A DNA stretch of 64,000 bases from positions 416,001-480,000 of the forward strand of contig CAVPBK010000006.1 in assembly GCA_963701855.1 (NCBI GenBank), written 5' to 3'. Shown piece after piece: positions 9,059 to 17,996 of this stretch; within the stretch, counting starts at the first letter, position 1; every line of letters starts with the position of its first letter. The position numbers and the translations under genes were made by a program. The notes beneath the pieces were generated by a model that did no database searches, was not told the origin of the DNA, and saw only the letters and a program-made list of their open reading frames with translations. The DNA is from Nitrospirota bacterium (GTDB lineage: Bacteria > Nitrospirota > Nitrospiria > Nitrospirales > Nitrospiraceae).

Positions 9059-10618
9059 ATGAACAAGACCCAAGATCCCATAATTTTTGAGGCCTACAAG
9101 CCCTTTCGGAATGCCATCCGGAAACTAGGGCTGGCGGATTCACTCGCAGTTATCCGAGCCTATATGTCCAACCTACAGTTCAATCAGGACATTCCTTCTG
9201 ACTGTGAGGTTCATCGAGGCTACCTATCGGCCGCGTCACATTCTGAAGGGGCTGGTTGGATAGCAGAATTTCACCTTGAAACAATGTGTCGCGAGATAGT
9301 TCTACACGCAAAGGAATCTGGACAAGTCCATGACACCCTAAAGAGTTGGAATACTCTCGCAAGGACAATAAAAAAACTTAAGGATCTGGAAGAAGTAATT
9401 GCTGAGCGTTACAGGGCGCCCGATCTTCTTATGCAGGAACTCCATCGTATGGCTCATCGCCAGTTTCCATGGCAGGAGTTCCGACCGACCGCGGAGAATA
9501 TCACACGCTACCATATGATTTACGGACACCGTCCGCTGACGGAAATAATACGGACAGCAACAGGACTTTCCCCAGAAGAGTTGTTTCTTTTTGGAATGGC
9601 ATTACTAGGCAATTTCATGCAAACTTTTGCTTTGTTTTACCCTCCCCATATTCAAATCCCTGGCCTATCATCGGATGGACTTGATCGCTTTTTGAATCAC
9701 TTTTCACGCAGTCTTTCTGATTTGAAGGCTCTGTTGAAGGGCGAGCATCAAATGAATGACAAGTTCGCATATGCACATCACTCCTTGAGAGCATACCCGC
9801 TAATTAAAATGAGATATCAAGAGAGAGATTGTTTGGTTTGCCCCATTCCGACGCTTCTCTTCTGGAGATTCACGAATGGCGTCTACTACGAGATTGTCAA
9901 CCAGCCAGGATTTGAGAATGCGTTCGGAGAAGCATTTCAGTGGTATGTGGGGCAAGTAATAGTAAGAGGAACTACGAAAGAGAAAACACGTCTGTATCAC
10001 GAATGTAAGTATCGGGTTGGGAATAAATCAAAACAAACTGTTGACTGGATAGTTGATCAGGAGGGCGCCGCTCTTTTTGTCGAAGCAAAGACTAAAAGGA
10101 TGAGATCCGAAGCCAAAGCTGAAATTATTCAAGAAGATATCCTGCGCATTGAATTAGATAAGCTGGCCGGCATGGTTGTGCAAGTATACAAATCTATTCG
10201 CGATTACCAAGATGGCATGTATCCCAACTATGCGTTTGATTCCCAACGAAAGATTTATCCGATGGTCGTAACCCTTGAAGATTGGTTTCTGATGGGACCT
10301 AAGTTGGTGAACGAAGTGAAAGACGATGTCTCGCGTCGACTGAAAAAAGAAGAAATTCCCCTCGCATATCTGAAAGATATGCCCTTTTCTGTTTGTTCAA
10401 TTCATGAGTTTGAGCAGGCTGTGCAGGTGATGGATCACGCGGGAATTCTCACAGTCATGCAAAGCAAGGTTGATGATTCAAGGGAACAATGGACACTTTC
10501 GGCCTTTTTAAGAGATGGATTCCAAGAGCATGCGAGAAACACTCGTTTCCTTTTCCAAAAGGAATTTGATGAAATCGGAATTCAGACGACTGGGGAATGG
10601 ATCAGAGATGAGGTATAG
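9059..10618 (+). CDS. Large hypothetical protein with a C-terminal PD-(D/E)XK (NERD-like) nuclease motif
   Basis: GEAFQWYV...VDWIVDQEGAALFVEAKTK; AT-rich; ATG at 9059 preferred to the 8915 ORF start. Confidence 0.6.
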   Translation: MNKTQDPIIFEAYKPFRNAIRKLGLADSLAVIRAYMSNLQFNQDIPSDCEVHRGYLSAASHSEGAGWIAEFHLETMCREIVLHAKESGQVHDTLKSWNTLARTIKKLKDLEEVIAERYRAPDLLMQELHRMAHRQFPWQEFRPTAENITRYHMIYGHRPLTEIIRTATGLSPEELFLFGMALLGNFMQTFALFYPPHIQIPGLSSDGLDRFLNHFSRSLSDLKALLKGEHQMNDKFAYAHHSLRAYPLIKMRYQERDCLVCPIPTLLFWRFTNGVYYEIVNQPGFENAFGEAFQWYVGQVIVRGTTKEKTRLYHECKYRVGNKSKQTVDWIVDQEGAALFVEAKTKRMRSEAKAEIIQEDILRIELDKLAGMVVQVYKSIRDYQDGMYPNYAFDSQRKIYPMVVTLEDWFLMGPKLVNEVKDDVSRRLKKEEIPLAYLKDMPFSVCSIHEFEQAVQVMDHAGILTVMQSKVDDSREQWTLSAFLRDGFQEHARNTRFLFQKEFDEIGIQTTGEWIRDEV

Positions 10619-10691
10619 GTGGTCGATCAATTCCTCAGTTTGCGGCCTGAGTCTGCCGATTTGAATGCAACTGAATGGCGCTACGTTCAAC

Positions 10692-10967
10692 TCAATCTGG
10701 GATATCTGGCTCATCGCCCCAAACGCCCGAGGTGGCACTATAAGCCATTCCAGAGCCTGCCCGATTTGCCGAGGCGAAAGGAGAGCTTATGCCGGCACTG
10801 TCGGTGGTGCGGTACACAAGCCGTTCATTGGCGATGGTTCCAACGTATCGTCCATCCGTGCCATAGACCTTATTTCCCTTGATGCGTCCAACTGGCTGAC
10901 CCGATCGACTGTAAACCGTTTCCCCGGAAACCTGCAAAGGGCGTCCGTTCTTCGTGTAGAGCCTCAT
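10692..10967 (-). CDS. Small 4-fold beta-flower-like repeat protein
   Basis: Repeated (L/V)Y-x-x-x-G-x-x-(V/L)G units: LYTKNGRPL, VYSRSGQPVG, VYGTDGRYVG. Confidence 0.55.
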   Translation of the reverse strand: MRLYTKNGRPLQVSGETVYSRSGQPVGRIKGNKVYGTDGRYVGTIANERLVYRTTDSAGISSPFASANRAGSGMAYSATSGVWGDEPDIPD

Positions 10968-11025
10968 TTCGTCTTACCTCTCAGTCGGTAAAATCTCCGT
11001 TGACCTTCTATCCGTAAGTTGTCGT

Positions 11026-12135
11026 TCAACCTCTTCTACTACGCCGCAGGAGAGTAACCACATCCTCTGCCAAAGCCTCAGCTTCATGGCTCAGAGCAGC
11101 TCGCGGACGATGCGCTGGTTGAAGCTGGATGGGGGTATTTTCGTTTTGTCCCCCTCCTCCAGCAATCTGAAATGAGTTTGGGCTGGCATTATGTTCCGCC
11201 TGCGCCCGGATTACGGTAAAGCTATCGCCAGCCAGCGTCGCCGCCAGCGCAACATGTGTTAGCTTCTGAGTCGGGTCGATCCGCTCTAGCGCTGCGGCAG
11301 CATACTTAAGAGTATTTACAAGCTGCTGTTCCAGAACCTCTTTAATAATTGCAAAGGAACCACTGTCTTTTTTCAGTGTTAGTCGGAAAAGGAGGTTTCC
11401 TTCAGTATCGAGCTGCACTATCCTCGCCCCTCTGTCTTGCTGAATTATAAGGCGGTTGCCTTCAACGTTGTCCTCGTTGCCATCAGCAGAGCTGAAGATT
11501 GGGAAGGGACCGAATAGAGCCTCTTTAAGCAAATCTTTCGACAGCGAAGGCTTTTCTATTTCACTGGGGCGCAACACGGCCTGCGCTGGTCCTACCGCCA
11601 CCGCCACAATAAGCGACGGACCGGAATGTCGATATTCTTCCTGCGCAGCACGGGCGGCTTCCAGAGCTGCTTTGCTCAGTGCGCCAGCATCAAGCCGACC
11701 TGTAACATTTGAAATCTGCCAGGCATGGATAGCGCGGGTGATTTGAATTCGTAATTCCTGTGGTGTGGAAAAGCTCCCGCGAAACAGACCCATCTCCCAG
11801 CCCTGAACTTCTTTAATGAACCCCGCCTGGTCAGTGTCGGGAGTTACACCTGAGCGAATGAAAGCGATGACTGGCCGGTTACCCTTTGCCTCCCGATATT
11901 CTTCATGCGTGGCAGATAACCCACCTTTTTGTTTCACACCATAATCTGCGCCTAAAAGGAGAAGTACCAACCCGGACTGTCTTAACCCGTCAAGGCATGC
12001 GATCTGCGGGGTCTGTGGCTTCGCGCGAAAGTTTTCTGCCATGACAGGTTCATAGCCCAATGAGTCCACAGCGTCGCTGGCCGCAGCGCGATAATCTTCC
12101 ATGCCGGTGATCAGCGAACTGATAAAAACTTTCAT
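11026..12135 (-). CDS. DUF4062 (TIR/nucleoside-deoxyribosyltransferase-like) domain protein with an uncharacterised C-terminal domain
   Basis: MKVFISS...R.AA..A...LG, CL......LVLLLLGADYG, SATHEEYREA. Confidence 0.8.
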   Translation of the reverse strand: MKVFISSLITGMEDYRAAASDAVDSLGYEPVMAENFRAKPQTPQIACLDGLRQSGLVLLLLGADYGVKQKGGLSATHEEYREAKGNRPVIAFIRSGVTPDTDQAGFIKEVQGWEMGLFRGSFSTPQELRIQITRAIHAWQISNVTGRLDAGALSKAALEAARAAQEEYRHSGPSLIVAVAVGPAQAVLRPSEIEKPSLSKDLLKEALFGPFPIFSSADGNEDNVEGNRLIIQQDRGARIVQLDTEGNLLFRLTLKKDSGSFAIIKEVLEQQLVNTLKYAAAALERIDPTQKLTHVALAATLAGDSFTVIRAQAEHNASPNSFQIAGGGGQNENTPIQLQPAHRPRAALSHEAEALAEDVVTLLRRSRRG

Positions 12136-12344
12136 AATAATCCTCACGGGAAGTTGTAGAATACAATCCTAAGGACACTAACACAAAGCCATTATGAGCA
12201 GACCCAATGATTCTGCTATCCACCCCTATCCTATATCCAAATCGAAAGAAGAATTAACTGAAGTTGTAGCCATTGATGGCTCGCGCTGTGGGAAAATCAG
12301 GATCGTTCATCTTAAACATGATTCTTGTTGATCGAGAGGCATAA

Positions 12345-13130
12345 ATGCCGAATAAGTGGATCTTGATCTTGATCTCGCTCAGTACACTAATTGTGATTGC
12401 AACTGGTCTGGCGATGTATGCGCTCAATGATACGAAATTGTCATCTTATGGCACCATGGCCGCAGCGGCTGGCAGCTTCCTGGCGGTAATATGGTTCACG
12501 GGGAGTCTTTGGTACCAAGCCCAACAACTTCTTGAGCAAAAAACGCAGTTCCTTGTGGAGTTTAAACAACACCGTGAAGAAGGACGTTGAAACGCTCTGC
12601 TGTTAGCCCGAGAAATTCTGAATAATGCGGAATCGCGAGCATTAGCGTATAACCCCCAGCTATCCAATCTATCTGAGCTACCCTCTGCATATATGAATTT
12701 TTCTGAGCTCAAAGATATCTTGGAGTCTGATGATGTGGGAGTCGTTCAGACAGCTGTTAAAAGCTGGTTGAAAAAAGAGGGGCCGGCACTGATGTTGATG
12801 AGGGGAGTTAAAACTGCAGCACAGGTGTATTTCCTGGCAGTTGGAAAGGAAGACGTAGACTACTCAAAGGAGCCGGAAGACTTTGTATACATATATGGGC
12901 AGCATCTATGGTCCCTTCCGTTCTTTGAAGCATATCAAGCTCCTACAGCAATGCTAACGGAATTCATGATTCGTCTTCAGCCAGGTCGAAAAGCAGTAGA
13001 GATCGCTTCTCTAGCAGTCATGGTGAAGACCAGCGAGAGATTCATGAAGATGGATTCAGTTCGTGAAGATATTAGAAAGCATGTTGCTAAAGGTCATCCA
13101 TTGCCGAAAATAGCCGAAGGGATAAGTTAA
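12345..13130 (+). pseudogene. Two-TM membrane protein interrupted by one in-frame TGA (12588-12590)
   Basis: ORFs 12345-12590 and 12693-13130 share a frame and no other stop lies between them. Confidence 0.7.
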
Positions 13131-13352
13131 TGCTCGACTAAAATGTGTGTGATCCAGAGCAGGAAAACCTGACTGCATTTCTTTGTAGCGCCCCTTCGAG
13201 AGCTTCAAGATTCAGGCGAGTATAGAAAGCATTTCGTTATTAGAAAATAAGGGGGGAGTCGCACGACACCCCCCTGTTACCCCCCATGATGGTGCGCCCG
13301 CGTATACGCCGGCGGATATCGATCGGAAAATAAACTCCTGGTCCAGTCCAGT

Positions 13353-13700
13353 TCATGTTGCCTTCAATAGATACGGGCGTTTGGGCTTCGGTTTCTTCAT
13401 TAGCTGATAATGCTGTGGCTTCCAGCGGCTCGATCCAGAGTGAATCACGTTGGTGATCCATTCGGGTCCTACCGCACAATAGAGGGCCGCGAGCGTGGGG
13501 CCCATGGCTTGTGAGAACCAGGCCAACACTTCTTCCAACGTACGGTCTGTCGTTTCGACATGAAACCGGCATCGCGTGAACCCTTCCGTCAGCGCATTCC
13601 ACCAGGGCAGTTCCGGCGACCGACACCGTTCCCACGCCAGGTTGGATTTAAAAACCGACCAATCGTAGACCGGATTGGGCTCCCTAAACGAGGTCCACAT
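13353..13700 (-). pseudogene. C-terminal remnant of a second Rep_trans replication initiator
   Basis: PELPWWNALTEGF..RTLEEVLAWFSQAMGPTLA parallels PLLDWWLLLTDGF..QTLAKVKRWVSRSVAPTLA of the 14567 Rep. Confidence 0.7.
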
Positions 13701-14250
13701 CTTCTGACAGTCGCCGTAGGAAGTTTTCTTACATGTTGTCGGTGACAGGCTCTAGATATCAGGGGTTTTTAGCTATAACGGATAAATAAAAGTGTCCGAG
13801 TGCTGTTTATGCTCATTCTTTCTGATCAATTGTTAATTGTTGGTCATTCGTTCTCTGCCTTACTGTCTAAAACTTCCCACCTTCTCCTTCGCGAATCCTT
13901 GCGGCTGGTCTAGCGTTTCTGATTCAAGACACTTTTGTATCGCTATGTTTTGGGGCTATCCAATGTCACAGCGTTCTGAGGTGCATAGTGATACGACGCA
14001 GCATAAGTTGTCCCCCTGTGTCCCTTCCTGACCAGAGCTGTCCCCCGTAGGGTCTCTTCCCACGCTGCTATTCTCAGGTTCAGTATCTCGAACAACATGA
14101 CACTGTTAGCCGTCACGAGGATTAGGCCAGGACGTGCACTCTAAATGTCCCTAACTGTCCTTAGCAGTCCCAAGCAGGCCTAAGTAGGGTACTTCCCTCG
14201 CTCACCTTACGCCGGTATGTTCGGTACCGTACCGGCAGAAAGGACTGGGC

Positions 14251-14559
14251 GTGAAACGAGAGTTGCTCATGGTGAAGGAACTCGCCGCGGAACTGCGGAT
14301 GAGCGTGAAGTCCATTCAACGGGCCTACCGCAAGGGGGAAATTCCTGTGCAGTGGCTAGGGCCGTATGGCGCGTTTCGATGTCGCAACCAAGTCAGACTT
14401 GCAATGGAACGTAATGGTCGAAACCGTGTGCAGCTTCTCAATGACAACAGTGCGCACGGCCGCGCGCGACGGGCGGCAATGCCGGCCGCGCGCCGCCGAA
14501 AACGCCCCCGTCTGGTAACACGGGGGCACTACCCACAGGGATCGTTACAGGAGGTCTAA
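14251..14559 (+). CDS. Xis/AlpA-like HTH protein (C-terminus possibly frameshifted)
   Basis: LLMVKELAAELRMSVKSIQRAYRKGEIP. Confidence 0.7.
   Translation: MKRELLMVKELAAELRMSVKSIQRAYRKGEIPVQWLGPYGAFRCRNQVRLAMERNGRNRVQLLNDNSAHGRARRAAMPAARRRKRPRLVTRGHYPQGSLQEV
14504..14527 (+). other. Putative nick site (dso/oriT) hairpin for the Rep_trans protein
   Basis: GCCCCCG-TCTGGTAACA-CGGGGGC, a perfect 7-bp stem 40 bp upstream of rep; the loop resembles Rep_trans/MOBT (C/G)TAACA-GGGG nick sites. Confidence 0.65.
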
Positions 14560-14566
14560 AGATTCC

Positions 14567-15562
14567 ATGAGTTCACCCTTCACCCTCACCATTGATTGGC
14601 TCGCCTTCACCCTGCCGGCAGGCTCCGCCCAGGACACGATGCAGATGCTAGGAGGCGACTGGACCAAGAGCAAAACCGGCTTTCGCGGCTATCCCGCGTC
14701 CTGGATCACCGCGAGTGCAAGCCGGGGAGTGGGCAAACTGGGAACTCGCGCGCCTCGTGCTCCCCTCGAAGTCCATGTCGATCTCTCCGCTGGGATTGTC
14801 GCGCCATGGCCTCAGAGAAGGTCCGTACGGTCCTCCAATGGATTCTGAAGCAAGACGGCCACCTGACGCGTCTCGATTGCGCGCTCGATGATCGAAACAG
14901 CTGCGTGCCGCTCTCGACGATCAGACAGGCCATTGAGATCGGTCAATGTGTGACGCGGGCGGACCGTATGCAGCGCATTTCATCGAGCTCCATCCATACA
15001 GACACGCCCAGCGGAGAGACCCTCTATCTCGGGAGTCCTCAGAGTCAAACCCTGCTGCGCATCTATGACAAGCGCCTGGAGAGTCAGGCGAAAGAGCGAG
15101 AGGATTGGCAGGACTACGGCATCCGGTGGGAGTTGGAGTTGAAGAAGGATCGCGCCCAGGTCTGTGGACAGGTCCTGTCCTACCTGGAGGAAACAGACTG
15201 GCTCGAATTCATCGTGGGTGTGCTCCGGGGCTATGTGGATTTTCGAGACACAACCCGAGACGAGGAGGACGAGTTTCGGTATCGGGCCCCGCTACTGGAC
15301 TGGTGGCTGCTGCTCACCGATGGGTTCAAGAAGGGCCGTCTGTCGTGGAGAAGGAGACTCAGACCTTAGCCAAGGTGAAACGGTGGGTGAGTCGGTCAGT
15401 GGCCCCGACGTTGGCGATGTGTGCGTCGAACATCCCGGTGGACAGGCCTGGTTGGAGCACGTACTCGTCGTGGGAAAGAGCCGATTGAAAGCGAAGCATC
15501 GGCGACTGTTGAACACCGCCCCCCAGGCCGACCCTTCCACATCGGATGGGGTGCCGCGGTGA
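14567..15562 (+). pseudogene. Rep_trans-family rolling-circle replication initiator/relaxase with about three frameshifts
   Basis: TIDWLAFT, TRLDCALD, TLYLGSPQSQTLLRIYDK, RWELELK across overlapping frames. Confidence 0.85.
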
Positions 15563-15625
15563 TGGGGATCGCGCAGACCGCGTCCGCCGTGATCCGGGTC
15601 CTTCGGCTCGTGCGGGCCTAAGCCC

Positions 15626-16101
15626 TCACGCGCTAGGCCAGCCCTGGTCGGCGAAGCTGTAGCAGCGCTCATCGGTGAGGATGAGATGATCCAAGCAAGC
15701 GTGATGCCGAGCAGATCGGCTCCTTGCCGGAGTCGGCTGGTGAGGACGCGATCCTCTTGGCTGGGGGTGGGATCGCCGGACGGGTGATTGTGCGCACAAA
15801 TCCAGGCGCCGGCGTTCATCAGGATCAGCGGTTTGAACACCTCGCGCGGATGCACGATGGCCAATGTCAGGGAGCCGATCGAGACGATATTGACGCCGAT
15901 GATGGCATGCTTGGCATCCAGCCCGCAGACCAGGAATTGCTCGCGGTCCAGTCCCGCAAAGAGCGGTCTGAGGATGGCCGCAGCGGCGACCGAGGTGGTC
16001 AACGGCGACGAGGGCGGTACGGCCCGGTTGTCGCGGACGAGCGTGACCCGGTATCGCGGCACGGCGTATTCATTGCTCGGCTTCGGCTGCCGGATGCCCA
16101 T
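15626..16101 (-). pseudogene. RadC-like JAB domain protein, frameshifted near the C-terminus
   Basis: DREQF, VHPREVFK, AHNHPSGDPTPS.ED; DHLILTD...YSFAD continues in another frame. Confidence 0.85.
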
Positions 16102-16400
16102 TCAGAATGCCCTGTGAACCGTGAATGGCCATATCCGCCTCCTTCTTCATCACGATGTCTAGCCCCACCCTTCACAGCACGAGGGTGGGGCGTCGAAGAA
16201 GAAGGCGGGATGGCGCGCTCGCGGGGGACAGGCCTGAACGGGAGGGGCCCAAAGGGAAGGCACCAGGAAGGCCTGGTCGCTGCTCTTCAGCGCCGGCTCG
16301 CACCCACTGGGAGTGCAGTCCGAATCCGACGCCGGCGGACACGCGGGCGCATCGTAGGGGGGATGAGGGGTGTCGTAAGACTCCCCCGGTTCGTGTCTCT

Positions 16401-16701
16401 ATGCTGCTGACGATCAAAGAACTCGCTGAACAGTTGCAAATCAAACCCTCGACGCTCTATGCCTGGGCCGCGCAAGGCAAGATCCCCTGCCGGAAGATTC
16501 ATGGATTAGTCCGGTTTGATCCGACTGAGATTGACCGTTGGCTGATCTCATTCTCTCCTTCAACAGTCCGCCCCTCCCCAGATCAAGACACACAGAGCGG
16601 ACCACACTGACCTGGATCACCTGATTGCGAGCGCAAAACGCGAGGTCTATACTCCCGGCCACGGGGAAACCATAACACCGAGTCCCACTGGAAAGGAGTG
16701 A
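16401..16701 (+). CDS. Excisionase-like HTH protein (stop at 16610 as written; a probable frameshift extends it to 16701)
   Basis: MLLTIKELAEQLQIKPSTLYAWAAQGKIP...GLVRF. Confidence 0.75.
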
Positions 16702-16705
16702 ACGA

Positions 16706-17781
16706 ATGGGACTCGTGAAGAGAGGCAAGACGTGGTGGATGTCATTTATGTATCAGGGCCAGCAAGTCAGACGGTCGACGGGGACGACTGATAAACGGCT
16801 GGCTGAGGCGATCTTAGGCAAGGTGAAGGTCCAGATTATCGAAGGGCGATTCTTCGAGAAACCGGAAGCGCAACATCGAACCTTGAAGGAACTGATGGAT
16901 CGGTACACGAGTGAGCATGCCGCGAGGCGGGCCAATCATCGGCGGGAACTGACTAGCGTGAAGAATCTGAAGGCCTTCTTCGGGAATCCAACGCTGGATC
17001 AGATCACGCCCAAGCGGATCGTGGCCTACAAGAACCAACGGTATACCGATGGGGTGAAACCCGCCACGATGAACCGGGAGCTTGCGACCTTGAAGAAAGC
17101 GTTCAATCTGGCTCGTCGAGAGTGGGAATGGTGTACCGATAACCCGGTCTGTCGCGTCTCCATGGAGAAGGAAAACAACACGCGGGATCGTTGGCTGAGC
17201 GTGGAGGAAGAACAGCGGCTTCTCGCGGCTGCGGCTCCGTGGCTGCGAGAGCTCATGGTCTTTGCCATCTATACCGGCATGCGGATGGGGGAGATCCTGG
17301 CCCTCACCTGGGCCGGTGTCGATCTGTTCCGTCGAACGGTGACCGTCTTTCGCTCAAAAAACGGTGAGCGGCGGACGATCCCGGTGAATCACGACCGTCC
17401 TTGATCTCCTGAAAGGTAAATACACGGCGCGCCTCAGGGACGATTGATATCGTCTTTCATAGCGAAAGCCATGACGCGCCCTCGATGGGAGCAACATCCG
17501 GCGGGCTCTGCACCATCGCGCTCGACAGTGCGAAGATCCACGATCTCCATTTCCACGATCTTCGCCATACGTTCGCGACGAGGATGGTTCAGGCCGGGAT
17601 AGACCTGTATAAGGTGCAGCGGCTCCTGGGGCATAAGTCGCCGATCATGACGCAGCGCTACGCCCATCACTATCCGGAAAGTTTGCGGGATGGGGTGGAG
17701 GCGTTAGAGGCAGGCCGGTCGTTTAGCACAAATTTAGCACAATCGCAGATTCGATCTGGCGAGGCTTCTCTAAGCTGCTGA
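16706..17781 (+). pseudogene. Tyrosine integrase of the tRNA-Thr island, frameshifted around 17390-17510
   Basis: TGMRMGE, KNG in the first frame; FHDLRHTFA, LLGH, RY in the downstream frame; abuts the tRNA. Confidence 0.9.
17724..17742 (+). promoter_or_regulatory. Putative integrase arm-type binding site
   Basis: tagcacaaatttagcacaa matches 3249-3267. Confidence 0.7.
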
Positions 17782-17786
17782 AAAAT

Positions 17787-17862
17787 TGGAGCCGGCGATC
17801 CGGATTGAACGGACGACCTGCGGTTTACGAAACCGCTGCTCTACCAACTGAGCTACGCCGGC
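17787..17862 (-). tRNA. tRNA-Thr(CGT)
   Basis: GCCGGCGTAGCTCAGTTGGTAGAGCAGCGGTTTCGTAAACCGCAGGTCGTCCGTTCAATCCGGATCGCCGGCTCCA; cloverleaf with CCA. Confidence 0.97.
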
Positions 17863-17996
17863 TAGGGGTCGTTGACCTGAATGGGCACGGACGCACGAAA
17901 AGTTTGGGCCATGATACAGACAGGGCTTTGGACCTGTCAATGAACTCAATCTGTTCGGAAGAGAAATGGTACTGGAGCGCAGTTCTAAATTCAAAA

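Larger units (their letters stand above)
3073..17831. mobile_element. Integrative element (~14.7 kb) in tRNA-Thr(CGT) with a Rep_trans-type core
   Basis: 45-bp direct repeats, integrase next to the tRNA, Xis, Rep_trans, RadC, AT-richer cargo. Confidence 0.9.

Noticed and set aside
2498..13130. Complete integron array
   Set aside because: No IntI-type integrase is recognisable, no full attC was found, and cargo genes lie in mixed orientations
1..17862. Prophage
   Set aside because: No capsid, terminase, tail, Zot-like or lysis genes were seen
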